From positions 192,001-256,000 of the forward strand of contig JANRJK010000036.1 in the NCBI GenBank assembly GCA_033764015.1: DNA of 64,000 nt. The letters run 5' to 3'. The notes under the pieces were generated by a model. It worked only from the letters and a program-made list of their open reading frames with translations, had not been told where the DNA came from and made no database searches. The position numbers were made by a program, and so were the translations under genes. The DNA is from Candidatus Sumerlaeia bacterium. GTDB lineage: Bacteria > Sumerlaeota > Sumerlaeia > SLMS01 > JANRJK01. Shown piece by piece: positions 8,722 through 19,600 of the stretch. Numbering within the stretch: position 1 is the stretch's first letter; each line of letters starts with the position of its first letter.

Positions 8722-10263
8722 TTACCGGTCCCGCCGCGGGTCGAGCGCGTCGCGGAAGCCTTCACCGAGGAGGTTGAAGCAGGTGACGGTGAAGAAAATG
8801 GCGAGGCCGGGGATGACGGTGAGCCACCAGAGACCCTTCGGGTCGCTGCGGCCGTTGTTCAGGAGGTCGCCCCAGCTCGCCATGGGTTGCGGCACGCCGA
8901 AGCCGAGGAAGCTGAGGGCGCTTTCCGACAGGATGGTGCCGGCGATGGCGAAGCTGACGAGGACGAGGATGGGGCCGATGGCGTTTGGGAGGATGTGGAG
9001 GAAGATGATGCGGAGGTTGGAGCCGCCGAGGGCGCGCACCGCCGCGACGAAGTCCATGTTGACGAGGCGGAGGAACTCGCCGCGCTGCAGGCGCGCCACG
9101 GAGGTCCACCCGAAGAACGCCAGCACGAGGATGATGTTGCGGATCGAAGGCCCGAGGAACGCCTGCACCGCGAGGATCATCATCAGGAAGGGGAAGCATA
9201 TCACCACCTCGATCACGCGCGAGATGAGGATGTCGGTCCAGCCGCGGAAGTAGCCGGCGGAGGCGCCCACGATGATGCCGAAGATGACGTAGATCGACAC
9301 CGCGAAGATGCCGATCATCATGGAGACGCGCGCGCCGTAGACCATGCGGGCCGTGACGTCGCGCCCGTTGGTGTCGGTGCCGAGGAAGTGCGGGTTCTCC
9401 CAGGTCTCGCCCATACGTTCGATCACGGGCGCGGCCCAGTTCGGCGGGACGCGGGAGTTCTTGATGATGTTCTCGTTCTCGCCGAAGGGGACGAGGGTGC
9501 GGACGAACTTCCCTTGGAAGTCGGGCGCGTCGAGGATGCGCCGGTAGGGAGTGTTGTCCTGCACCGGGGGGAAGGCTTCGCGCATGCCGAAGGCGATGAG
9601 CGTGGCCAGCAGTCCGATGGCGATGCCGGTGGGGCCGACTCCGGGGAGCAGGCGCCTCCCGAGGACGGCGGCGATGGCGAGCCAGAAGACCGACATGAAC
9701 CAGACTTCGTAGAGGTTCAGCGAGCGGACCGCGGGATAGCGGACCATCTCGCCGAGCGGCGGCAGCGTGTCGTCGTCGAAGTAGGGATCGAGGTACTTGG
9801 CGGTGTATTCGTCGAGGACGCCTTGGAGCGCCTCGGAGTCCGCGGCTCCGACGGCGGCGACGACGCGCTCGCCGAGGGCGGCCACGGCGGCGGACTCGTC
9901 GCCGGCGAGGAAGCCCTTCATGGCGGTGAAGCGCGCGGCGAGGCCCGCCTTCGCCTCCGCGAGCGCCGCCTGGTCGGGCTCGCCGGCGGAGAGCGTGTCG
10001 AGGAGCGATTCGATCTCCTCGCCGGCGATCGTCATTTCGTTGATGAAGTCCTCGCGGAAGACCGCCTTGAGGTAGAGCGGGCGCTGGTTGGCGAGGAGCG
10101 GCGCGTGGACCGCTATGAAGACCACGAGGAAGACGACCAGGAGGCCGAAGATCGCGAGCTTGTTGCGGCGCAGGTCGCGCAGCGCGAGGTCCCAGTAGGA
10201 CTGGGCCTCGCCCGGCGCCGGGCCGGTGGCGGGTTTCTGTTCGGGCTTGTCTGGAGTGCTCAC
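8722..10263 (-). CDS. Peptide ABC transporter permease (DppC/OppC-like) with large insertion
   Basis: LRRNKLAIFGL, HFLGTDTNGRDV, EAA-like DFVAAVRALGGS, HILPNA, FNLLGEGFRDALDPR. Confidence 0.93.
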   Translation of the reverse strand: MSTPDKPEQKPATGPAPGEAQSYWDLALRDLRRNKLAIFGLLVVFLVVFIAVHAPLLANQRPLYLKAVFREDFINEMTIAGEEIESLLDTLSAGEPDQAALAEAKAGLAARFTAMKGFLAGDESAAVAALGERVVAAVGAADSEALQGVLDEYTAKYLDPYFDDDTLPPLGEMVRYPAVRSLNLYEVWFMSVFWLAIAAVLGRRLLPGVGPTGIAIGLLATLIAFGMREAFPPVQDNTPYRRILDAPDFQGKFVRTLVPFGENENIIKNSRVPPNWAAPVIERMGETWENPHFLGTDTNGRDVTARMVYGARVSMMIGIFAVSIYVIFGIIVGASAGYFRGWTDILISRVIEVVICFPFLMMILAVQAFLGPSIRNIILVLAFFGWTSVARLQRGEFLRLVNMDFVAAVRALGGSNLRIIFLHILPNAIGPILVLVSFAIAGTILSESALSFLGFGVPQPMASWGDLLNNGRSDPKGLWWLTVIPGLAIFFTVTCFNLLGEGFRDALDPRRDR

Positions 10264-10276
10264 GGTGCGCCGGTCC

Positions 10277-11938
10277 TCACTCGTAGCTGATGCGCGGATC
10301 GACGACCGCGTAGAGGATGTCCGCCACCAGGATGCCGAGGAGCGTCAGCAGCGCCGAGAAGAAGAGCACCGCGTTGATGACCGGGTAGTCGCGGTTCACG
10401 ATCGAATCGAGCGTGAGCGTGCCCATGCCGCGGATGGTGAAGATCGACTCGACGATGATCGCGCCGGCGATCAGCTCCGGCAGTATGCCGGCGGAGATGG
10501 TGATGATCGGGATCAGCGAGTTGCGGAGCGCGTGCTTGAAGATCACGACGTGCTCCGCGAGGCCCTTCGCCTGCGCCGTGCGGACGAAGTCCTGCTTGAT
10601 GGTCTCGAGCATCGCGCTGCGCATCTGCCGCGAGATGAAGGCGAGGCTGCCGTAGGTGAGCACCGTGACCGGCAGCACCATGTGCCAGATGCGGTCCCGG
10701 AGCATGTCGAGGGTCCAGTCGGAATCGACGAACTCCGGCGAGTTGAGCCCGCGCGTCGGGAACAGCTCGGGGAAGTTCGGCCCGCCGGTGGTCGTCAGGA
10801 TCAGCATCGTCGCGACCCAGAAGCTCGGCAGCGAGTAGAGCAGGAAGAGGATCACGGTGATGACGCGGTCGGGAGCGGAGTAGCGCTTCACCGCCGAGAA
10901 GATCCCGATGGGGATCGAAAGCAGGTAGGAGAAGATGATCGAGGCGACCGAGAGCGAGAAGGAGATGGGGAGGCGCTCGGCGATCATCTCGCGGACGGGG
11001 CGCTTCTCGCGGTAGGACTCGCCGAAGTCGAAGGTGACCGTCTGCTTCACCCAGATGCCGTATTGCGTGTTGAGGAGGATGTTGAGGCCGTGGCGCACGG
11101 GGCCGTAGGTGGAGTAGCGGACCTGTTCGCGGCTGTAGTAGGAGCGCCAGCGCTCGAGGATGCGCGAGCGCTCGGCGTCCCAGCTATCGGGATTCGTGAG
11201 GAAGTTGAACGTGGTGATCGCCGAGAGGCCGTCGTTCGCGAGTCGGGAAGTGCGTTCGTTGCCGAGCGCCGCGATGAGCGCGGGAACGGCGAAGCCGCCG
11301 GCGGTGCGCACCTCGTCGAGCGGTGCGGAACCCGAGAGGTAGGCTTGGACGACCTGCTCGACGCGCTCTTCACCGTAGCGGGCCTTGTTCGCCTCGTACC
11401 AGGCGCTCCAGAATTCGTAGGAAGCGTCGGGGGCGAGGCCCTGACCGAGGTTTGTCTCGAGGGCGAGCTTGGGGAACCAGGAGGCGAGGACGGCTTTGCG
11501 CTCCTCGACGGGGCGGGCCTTCATGTTGCGGCCGCGGCTGTCCTTGGGAAGGGGCTCCTGCGGCGTGCCGATAAGCGGATAGCGGTCGAGGGCGGCCTTG
11601 AGAGCGATGGTGTTGGTGCGCGCGAGCGTCTTCTCGCCGATCTTCTGCCACATGGGCTGCGACTTGAAGAGGTCGTCGATGGCGCGTTCGGCGGCGAACT
11701 CCCGGTCCTCGAAGTTCGTGTTGATGAGGAGGGGCTTGTCGAGGCCGAGGTTGCGGCGGTTTTGTTCGACCAGGTCCTCGTAGCCGACGGCCTGGGCGCC
11801 GCGGCCGCTGGAGCCGGGCTGGATGCCGGCGGCGGCCGGGTCGCCCGGCGTGAGTCGCGTGGCCACAAAGGTGATGAGCGTGATCCCGAAAAGGGTCACG
11901 CCCATCAGCAGCAGTCGCTTGATCAGATAGTTCAGCAA
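10277..11938 (-). CDS. Peptide ABC transporter permease (DppB/OppB-like) with large periplasmic insertion
   Basis: YLIKRLL, PGDPA, DFVRTAQAKGL, KHALRNSL, RDYPVI, DILYAVVDPRI. Confidence 0.93.
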   Translation of the reverse strand: MLNYLIKRLLLMGVTLFGITLITFVATRLTPGDPAAAGIQPGSSGRGAQAVGYEDLVEQNRRNLGLDKPLLINTNFEDREFAAERAIDDLFKSQPMWQKIGEKTLARTNTIALKAALDRYPLIGTPQEPLPKDSRGRNMKARPVEERKAVLASWFPKLALETNLGQGLAPDASYEFWSAWYEANKARYGEERVEQVVQAYLSGSAPLDEVRTAGGFAVPALIAALGNERTSRLANDGLSAITTFNFLTNPDSWDAERSRILERWRSYYSREQVRYSTYGPVRHGLNILLNTQYGIWVKQTVTFDFGESYREKRPVREMIAERLPISFSLSVASIIFSYLLSIPIGIFSAVKRYSAPDRVITVILFLLYSLPSFWVATMLILTTTGGPNFPELFPTRGLNSPEFVDSDWTLDMLRDRIWHMVLPVTVLTYGSLAFISRQMRSAMLETIKQDFVRTAQAKGLAEHVVIFKHALRNSLIPIITISAGILPELIAGAIIVESIFTIRGMGTLTLDSIVNRDYPVINAVLFFSALLTLLGILVADILYAVVDPRISYE

Positions 11939-11948
11939 GGCCCGGCCC

Positions 11949-14192
11949 TCAGCCGCCCTTGCCGTGGGTTGGTGCCGCGAGCGCGGCGGTGGACGCCTTC
12001 CATGTGTCCGTCATGGCGCCGGGGGGCGGCTCCTTCGCCCAGTACCATTCGTTCAGGTTCGTCGGGTACATGCTGGGGTACACCTTGATCCCCTGCAGGT
12101 TGCGGTGGAAGAAGTACGTTTCGTAGAAGGCGAACAGGAAGCAGTAGGGCTGCTCCTCGGCGATGATGCGGTGGATTTCGCGCGCCATCTCCCAGCGCTT
12201 CTCCGGGTTGAACTCCTCGCGAAGCTTCTCGCACAGCTCGTCGACCCGCGCGTTTCGGAACGAAACGAAGTTGTCGCCGCGGTTCTCGATCTGGGAGCTG
12301 TGGAAGATCTGGTACGGGTCGGGGTCGAGCGTGTTGCTCCAGGCGAAGCGCACCGCGTCGAACTTCTTGTCGCGGACCGTGTCCGAGAAGATCGTCCAGT
12401 CCAGCTTCGAGATCGTGACGTCGATGCCGGCCTGGCCGATACGCTCCTTCACGATGTCCGCCATCTTGGAGTGGTAGTCCTTGGCGGTGTGGATCATGTA
12501 GGAGAAGCGGAACGGCGTCTCGACGCCGTCGATGTTCTTCTCGAGGATACCGTCCTTGTCGCGGTCGGCCCAGCCGGCCTTGCGGAGCAGGCGCTTCGCC
12601 TTGTCCGGGTCGTACTTGGCGGGCTCGACGGAGGGGTCGTAGCCGGGGCCGTTGATGTAGAGCGGGCCGCTGACCGGCTTCGCCAGGCCGAAGTGGAGCC
12701 GCTGCGCGATCTCCTCCGCGGGGACCAGCATCGAGAGGGCGTGGCGCGTTTCCTTGTCCTTGAAGATCGGGTTCATCAGGTTCCAGCCGATGTAGACGTA
12801 CCCGAACCCGAGGTTCTGCAGCCGGGTCATCGTGTTCTTGAACGAGTCGGTGTTGGTCGCGTCGCTGAACCAGATATCCTGCTCGACGCCGTCGTCTCCG
12901 TCGAGCGCCTGCTTCTCGAGTTCGCGCACGGCGGTGTTGTTGTCGCCGATGATGACCCAAGTGAGGCCGTCGAGGTAGGGCTGCTGCTTGCGCCAGTTCA
13001 CGACGGCGCCGTCGGGCAGCTTGCTGGCCCAGTAGTCCTCGTTGCGCTCAAGGCTTAGGGACTGGCCCTTGCGCCACTCCTTGAACTTGTAGGGGCCCGT
13101 CAGGACGGGCTTCTCGCGGAAGGGGTGCTTGTTGAAGGAGTCGCCGAAGGCCTTGTCGTCGCCGCCGAACTGCTCAGGGTTGAAGACGTGCTTGGGCAGC
13201 CAGTGGCGTGCGCCGGCGACGAAGCTGAGCACCTCGAAGTAGGGGCGGCCCCAGACCACGCGGATGCCCTTGCCGTCGTCGATGACCTCTGAGGTCTGCA
13301 TATCCTGGTAGTAGTTCCGGAGGTGCGCCGCGTCGACGTAGGGGTTGAGGATCACGTCGTAGGTGAACTTGACGTCCTCGGCGGTGAACGGCTGGCCGTC
13401 GTGCCACGTCACGCCGTCGCGGATGGCGAACTCGAAGGCGCAGTAGGGCTTGATGAAGGGGCGGTCGCTCTTGCTGACCTCGTCCTTCCAGACCGCGAGG
13501 TCGGTGAACTTGTACGTCACGGTTGCGTCCGCGAAGGCGGGGTCGGCGACGCCGTCCACAACGACCGTGTTGGGCATCAGGCGGATTCGGCCGGTGGTCG
13601 TCTTCGCCTCGAGCCCGTCGCGGAGCCGGACGGTGCCGATCTCGCCGTGCGTGAGTTCATCGAGGTTCGCGATGTCGAACTGGGCGTAAGCGGCTGTCCA
13701 CGCGCCGGGGACGAAGGTGATCGTGCCGGCCGCGTCGTCGCGGGAGACGATGCGCCCGATCTGGAGCTCGCCGTCGGCGGGCTTCAGCGTGTCGGCGGTG
13801 CGCCAGTGCCAGGCGAGGGCGGGGAACTCTTCGTAGGTGGAGACGTCGCGGTCGACGAGCGCGTCGGAGGCGTGGTTGAGGACGACGCGCTCCGGCTGGC
13901 CGGTGACCGTGATCGGGTTCATTTCCTGGAAGTCGACCTTGGTGCGCATGCGGACGATGCCGCCGCGGCGTGGCTCGCCGACGTCGCCGGCGAGAACGTC
14001 CTCATTGAACTCGTCCTGGATGGGCGTGCGCAGGTACTTGGCGAAAGGGCTGTCGGGCGCGCTCTTGGCAGTGTTGGGCGAGCTGCTCGATTCGGCGCTG
14101 GCGGCGAGCGGCGCGAGCGCGATGGCGGCGATGGCCGCCGCGGCGTGGAGCGCGCGAAGGCTCGGGGCGGGGTTCGGAGCGGTGCGGATCAT
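11949..14192 (-). CDS. Peptide ABC transporter substrate-binding protein (family 5)
   Basis: ATG at 14192 with GAGG RBS; signal peptide; IRDGVTWHDGQPFTAEDVKFT, TGPYKFKEW, YDPDKAKRLL. Confidence 0.92.
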   Translation of the reverse strand: MIRTAPNPAPSLRALHAAAAIAAIALAPLAASAESSSSPNTAKSAPDSPFAKYLRTPIQDEFNEDVLAGDVGEPRRGGIVRMRTKVDFQEMNPITVTGQPERVVLNHASDALVDRDVSTYEEFPALAWHWRTADTLKPADGELQIGRIVSRDDAAGTITFVPGAWTAAYAQFDIANLDELTHGEIGTVRLRDGLEAKTTTGRIRLMPNTVVVDGVADPAFADATVTYKFTDLAVWKDEVSKSDRPFIKPYCAFEFAIRDGVTWHDGQPFTAEDVKFTYDVILNPYVDAAHLRNYYQDMQTSEVIDDGKGIRVVWGRPYFEVLSFVAGARHWLPKHVFNPEQFGGDDKAFGDSFNKHPFREKPVLTGPYKFKEWRKGQSLSLERNEDYWASKLPDGAVVNWRKQQPYLDGLTWVIIGDNNTAVRELEKQALDGDDGVEQDIWFSDATNTDSFKNTMTRLQNLGFGYVYIGWNLMNPIFKDKETRHALSMLVPAEEIAQRLHFGLAKPVSGPLYINGPGYDPSVEPAKYDPDKAKRLLRKAGWADRDKDGILEKNIDGVETPFRFSYMIHTAKDYHSKMADIVKERIGQAGIDVTISKLDWTIFSDTVRDKKFDAVRFAWSNTLDPDPYQIFHSSQIENRGDNFVSFRNARVDELCEKLREEFNPEKRWEMAREIHRIIAEEQPYCFLFAFYETYFFHRNLQGIKVYPSMYPTNLNEWYWAKEPPPGAMTDTWKASTAALAAPTHGKGG

Positions 14193-14443
14193 GGAATACC
14201 TCGCGAGGTGTGCCCAGTGGTCGCCAACCGGGCGGGGTTGGCCGGAACCGGATGTTAGCAGGGTAGGCAAGCCGGTCTTCCGGCGTCGGGCAAGTAGAAC
14301 CGGGAGCGCCGGCGGATTCCCCGTGACGTTGCGCGGCAGATGCCGCATAGTGTCCTCGTGAGCCCGTGGACCGCTTCCCCCTTGCCCTATATCCTGCCCT
14401 TCCCACGCTGCGAAACCCTGAGACCGGTACCGGCGATGCAGCT

Positions 14444-15070
14444 ATGATGAAAGAGTCGACCAAGCGCAGTTGGGTTTGCCCCTCGGACGAGTACCTGCGT
14501 CCGGGAGCGAATGCGTTCGACTGGACGCGCGCCGTGGTTTACGCCACGGGTGGCCTGCTCGCGATGCTGATGCTGTGGTCGCTCTCGCACCACGATGGGA
14601 GCGGCACCCGCGGGACGCCGAGCGCGGGGGAGCCCTTCAGTGCGTGGAACGGATCGTTCAGCGGGACGTTGCAGTCGACGACCGCGGCGGGGGATGTCGT
14701 CGCGCAGAGCCACGTGACGCGCACCTTCCGGGTCGAGCAGCAGGACCGCGCGGTGTTGGAGTTCCGCGAGTCGGTGGCGGCGGGGTCGCCGTTGGTCTTC
14801 CTGGGCACCCAAGTGCAGAAGTCGGGCGTGGTCACCCGCACCCTGATCCGCGACGGCGCGCAGGAAGTGATCGAAGGCCGGATCGACTCGGAAGGGATTA
14901 TCTCCTGGCGGCGCGACACCGAGCGGGATTTGACGTTCCTGCGGGAGTGGATTGTTGGTGAAACGCTTTACGTTGAGGGCTTCTCTCTGCGTAAGGGGAT
15001 CCCCGATTCAACTCTGTACCACGCGGGGCGTTTGCGTCGCCCCAAGGACGGTGTCGAGCCGACTCCTTGA
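14444..15070 (+). CDS. Single-pass membrane hypothetical protein
   Basis: One TM helix (AVVYATGGLLAMLMLW) followed by a beta-rich domain; start uncertain. Confidence 0.6.
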   Translation: MMKESTKRSWVCPSDEYLRPGANAFDWTRAVVYATGGLLAMLMLWSLSHHDGSGTRGTPSAGEPFSAWNGSFSGTLQSTTAAGDVVAQSHVTRTFRVEQQDRAVLEFRESVAAGSPLVFLGTQVQKSGVVTRTLIRDGAQEVIEGRIDSEGIISWRRDTERDLTFLREWIVGETLYVEGFSLRKGIPDSTLYHAGRLRRPKDGVEPTP

Positions 15071-15318
15071 GTGGTGCCGGCGGTCGTCTAGAAAGCTATA
15101 GCTGTTGAACTTTAGGCCGAGGGCGCGGGATTTCTCGTTCGAGCGCGGGAATTGCATGGATATAACAAGGCGGCTTTGGCGCAGCGAATCTTCGCGTTGC
15201 ACTGGCTATGGGCAGAAATCCCGGTTTTGTGGGGATTGAACGATTTAGCGTTGCGGGACGGGGTCGCCGATGGTTTGATGCGTGGAATCATTCCCGTAAC
15301 GAGAGCGATCCAACCACC

Positions 15319-16434
15319 ATGACAACCTGTCCATTGAGAACCCTCGCCGCCACGTTCACCTTGGCCACAGCAGTCGCGAACATTTCGCCGGCGCAGGGCA
15401 CGCAGGCGGTGCTGTCCTCCCCGGACCTGCTGTGGACGAACGACATTCCCGCGGTCATGTCGGATGCCCGTGCCAGCGGCTCGCCCGCGATTGTCTACGT
15501 GCAATCGCGAGTCGCCCGCGCCTGCGGAGAGCTCGAGCAGCAGACGATGCGCGACCCTAAAGTGGTCGAGCAGATGAAGGACTTCAAGCTGGCGTACGTG
15601 GACGTCACGGAGGACACGTCGCGCTTGGCCTCGCTGCAGGTGATCCGCGTTCCGACTGTGATCTTCTACGCGCCGGACGGGCGCGAGCTGTTCCGCGCGG
15701 TGGGCTACAAGACGCCTTCGGACTTCCTCGGGTACTTGACGGCCATCGAGCGCCCGAAGCGCGCCGGCGGCTCCGGCTCCGGCGGTAGCGCCGCCCGGCC
15801 CGGTGCGGCGACCACGAGCACAGCCCCTTCCACGGTTTCGATGACCTACGATCCGGGCACCATGGTGCTCCACCAGCGCCCGGGCACGCGTAAGCAGACC
15901 CTCAAGATCTACGAGCCTAGCGCCCTGACGGTAAGCGTGATGGGGGAGTTCAACGACTGGCGGAACGACACGTTGCCGCTCACCCGCCACGAATCCGGCT
16001 GGTGGTGGGTCGACCTGCACCTTTCGGATGGCCTGTATCACTACGTTTACAACGTGGACAGTCAGAAGAAGCGGGACCCGGTGGCCGAGTACCGGAAGTT
16101 CATCAAGGAGATCGATGCCTACGCATCGACCCTCGTGGTGGGCACGATGCCCGGGCCGCGGGTTGATGCGGGAGGAGCGACGACGTTCACGTACTATGAT
16201 CGCAACGCGAAGCAGGTCTACTTTGTCTGGGGCCACAACAACTACGAGCCGATCCCGATGTTCACCCGCGGCGACGGTTTCTGGGGCCTTCAGTACACGC
16301 TGCCCGCGGGGGATTACGAGTACTGGTTCCAGGTGGACGGCGGGAACTGGACAGAAGACCAGAAGAACCCGGTCGGCAGCGAACGCGGCGGGTCGTTGCT
16401 CACGATCAAGCCGGAGCAGATCGCATTGCGCTGA
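15319..16434 (+). CDS. Secreted thioredoxin-like domain plus two CBM48/AMPK-type glycogen-binding domains
   Basis: Signal peptide; Trx-like VIRVPTVIFYAPDGRE; CBM motifs VSVMGEFNDW...GLYHYVYNVD..DP and GDYEYWFQVDGGNWTED. Confidence 0.8.
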   Translation: MTTCPLRTLAATFTLATAVANISPAQGTQAVLSSPDLLWTNDIPAVMSDARASGSPAIVYVQSRVARACGELEQQTMRDPKVVEQMKDFKLAYVDVTEDTSRLASLQVIRVPTVIFYAPDGRELFRAVGYKTPSDFLGYLTAIERPKRAGGSGSGGSAARPGAATTSTAPSTVSMTYDPGTMVLHQRPGTRKQTLKIYEPSALTVSVMGEFNDWRNDTLPLTRHESGWWWVDLHLSDGLYHYVYNVDSQKKRDPVAEYRKFIKEIDAYASTLVVGTMPGPRVDAGGATTFTYYDRNAKQVYFVWGHNNYEPIPMFTRGDGFWGLQYTLPAGDYEYWFQVDGGNWTEDQKNPVGSERGGSLLTIKPEQIALR

Positions 16435-16469
16435 TCCGTCGACGGTAGTCCTCAGGTTGAAGTTCTGGT

Positions 16470-16510
16470 TTCGGGCGGGGGCGCTGCGGCGCACCCGCCC
16501 GAAGTCTTTT
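16470..16510 (+). terminator. Rho-independent terminator
   Basis: TTCGGGCGGG...CCCGCCCGAA stem followed by GTCTTTT. Confidence 0.55.
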
Positions 16511-16565
16511 CTGGGCTCTTTTCCGGAAGGACGAAGGCGGATTCACAGTGGATCGCGCAAAGAGA

Positions 16566-16604
16566 ACCGCCCGTCAGCCTGGTGGCCGACGGGCGGTGTT
16601 TCTT
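16566..16604. terminator. Probable bidirectional terminator
   Basis: ACCGCCCGTC...GACGGGCGGT stem with A-rich and T-rich flanks, between convergent genes. Confidence 0.55.
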
Positions 16605-16637
16605 GTGGTCGAGTGGTGCCGCGGGCCGCGGCCCGGG

Positions 16638-19600
16638 TTAGGGGGTCAGCGCCGGGTAGCCAGCGATCCGGACCTCTTCGAAGGTCACCGAATCGAGGAT
16701 GATCGGCTGCGGAGTGACGCTGGAGCGGTCGAAGGCGAGGCCGTCGAAGGAGAGGATGAAATTCGGTGTCGAGGGCTGTGCGCGCAGGACCAGGTAGGTG
16801 GAGAGTTCAAGGACTTCCGACCCGACCGGTTGCATCGCTCCGTTGCCGGTGGAGCTGATGACGGCGACGGAGTTGCGCGAGAAGTCCTCGGTGTTCACGC
16901 GAAGCCGGATGTCCGGGTTCAGGAGCGGGCTGCCGGTGTTGGCCGAGCGGATCCGGGCGGTAAGGCGAACCACCGCGGGGAACTCGCTGAAGGATGGGCC
17001 GACGACGAAGCCCGCTTGAGTGGACCAGAAGCCGAAGTTGTTGTCGTTCGCCGTCGCGGCGATGCGAAGGCCGGAGGAATCCGCCGTCCCGATCATCGTG
17101 TCGATCACCGGCTCCGCGTTGCCGAAGACCCAGCCATTCTGGTCAGAGGCGCCGTTGAGTTCGGATTGGTAGATCGTTGAGACGGGGCTCAGGGTGTCGG
17201 CGCCGAGGGCGTAGATTTCGACACGGTCGAGGCTGATGGAGCCGAACCGGTCGTCGTCCTGGAGGAAATTGAGCAGGTCGATCGAGAGGCGGAAGTTGCG
17301 CTCTTGCTCAATGACTCCGGTGAAGAAGTCGGCGGGGGCCTTGAACACGATGTCGATGGCCCGGCGGTCGGCGTCGCTGGAGCCCGGCACTTCGGAGAAG
17401 TTGCCAAGGCTGTTGATCTCTGACGTGTAGGCGAGTTGGAAGTCGCCGCTATTGATGCGGGAGCGGATCGTGGGGGTCTTATCAAGCGCCGATGCGTTGG
17501 CCCGCAGGTAAGTGCGGTACAGGTAGTAGCGATCGGAAGAGTTCGGGGCGAAGGCCTTCGCCGGGGAGGTGAAGAAGCCGAAGCAGTTCAGCTCACCCGC
17601 GGTGTCGTTCGACGTGATGTTCAGGGCGCCTCCGGTGGTGGATCCGAGGGCGGGATTAAGTTCCGGAGCCGCGGTTCCGAACTGCCAGCCCGTGGGTGCG
17701 CCGAAGGAGAACTCGCCAACGAGTGACACCTGATCGTCGGGACGGGGCGTCGGCGTGGGTTCGGGGGTACGGACCGGGGTCGGGGTGGTGTTGGGGGTCG
17801 GTGTGGGATCGACATCGACCGGATCAGGCAGCGCGGGAAGGAAGGTCCAGACCACATCGCCCACACCGTTTGCATCCGGGTTGGCGACGAAGGACAGGAT
17901 CGTGTTGCTGGCGTCGAGGGTGGGGAAACGGAAGGAGGTGTAGCTGGTCCCCGCGGGGAGCGCCAGGAGTGCGGGGGGCAGGTGGGCGATTTGGGCCCGC
18001 TCGCCACGCTCGATCACGCCGCGCAGGTTGGTGATGACGTAGATCTGGTAGTTGGCCGAGAGGGAGGCGTCGACTGGCGATACGCGGTTTGAAACGAAGA
18101 AGAGCAACTCGCCCCCAGCCGCGAGGAAGGCGTCGCGCTCGTCGGAAAGGGCCCAGAAGGAGAAACCTTCCGGCGTGGAGTCCGCGCCGAGCAGGATCGG
18201 GTTCGCGAAGGGCAGCAGCGGGAACGGGAAGTTCGTCGGGTGCGGCGGGTAGATGCGCCCGGTGACGGCATTGACCGCGTAGAGGTCGACCTGGGACTCG
18301 CCGCGCGCGGCGGTGAAGACGATCGTCGTGCCGGTGTCGTCGAAAACCGGCGATTCGTACCGGTCGAGGAAGGGCATGTTGGTGGAGTTCAGGACATTCG
18401 CCGGGAAAGCGGTGGGGAACGTGTCGAAAGTCTCCGAGTACAGCGCCCAGATTCCGCCGTCGGCGACGAGGGCCATCGTGAGCCCGTCGAGGCTGAAGGA
18501 GGGGTCGGAAGCCGATGTGAAGGAAGCGCTCGCGAAGGGCACGGAGCCGAATGCGTCATCGTCGGAGAACGTCAGCGTGCCATCCTCGCGGGTCGTGGCT
18601 AGGAGGCTGAGGAACGGATGCGCCCGGAGGCCGGTGACTGCCGAGGAGCCAGTGGCCAGCTCGAGGAGAGGGCGTCTGGTCGTGTTGGCCTGCGCGCTGG
18701 CGCCGGAACCGAACGGTGCGATGCGGCGGGTGGGCAGCACAGGCGCGCTGCTGATGGTATCGAGGAAAGTGCCGCCGCGGGACGCGGAGGCGCTCGAGTA
18801 GAGCAGCTCGCCCGTCGACAAGGTCCAGTTCGGGCGGCTGCCTGACGAGGCCAGCCTGTGTGTGAGCGGAAAGAAGAAGTCGTAGAGGGCTTGGCGGTTG
18901 GGGAGCGTCCGCAGCTTGAGGCCCGCGAACTGGTAGCCCTGGTAGTCGAATCGGTGGCGCTGGATCAGGGTCGCGGGCTGGTCCTCGGCCGCCCCCAGAT
19001 GAGGGATCAGCCCCTCGCGCGGCCCGGCCGGCGGTGTTGAATCGTCTTCGGGAATCTCAAGTTCGTAGGTCGGTAGGTAGGAGGAGTTCGGCGTGAAGGT
19101 CATCGAGACGTTGAACGGAGCCCCGGGAGGAACGAAGCCGAGGAAGACGTTGAAGCGGCGGATGATGATGTCGGACTGGCCGCGGATCGGACGGTACCCG
19201 CTTTGATCTTCCGAGTCGTCGCTCCAGAACGCGAAGCGGCGCTCGTCATCGAAGATCGCAGCGTCGTCTAGAACCGCCAAGGACACTGTTGCCCCCTTGA
19301 CGACCTGTTTGGCTTCGCCGTCCCGGTCCGTGTCGCCCGTGAAGACGACTGGAAAGGAGGCGCCGGCGCCAAGCAACTCGAAGCGGAGGGTATCGAACTC
19401 GTCGAGTTGGGGGATGGCTTCGCCGAGGTCCGAAAAATCGGCATTGCGCGAAGTGATCAGGCTGGTGTTCTGCGTGCCGAGTTCGAAGCCAACGTCGATC
19501 TGTGCCCAGATCGGGATCGCAAAGGCGCTCGCCGGTGCGGGGGGCGCCTGAAGGGTCGGACTCACAAGAACTTGCTGATGGCTGGTGAACGCGTTGCCGG

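Noticed and set aside
8707..13058. Plus-strand ORFs of 527, 620 and 364 aa
   Set aside because: Antisense shadows of the ABC transporter genes
17740..17815. Repetitive GGGGTCGG-like DNA
   Set aside because: Explained by the Pro-Thr linker of the S8 protease, not a DNA repeat element
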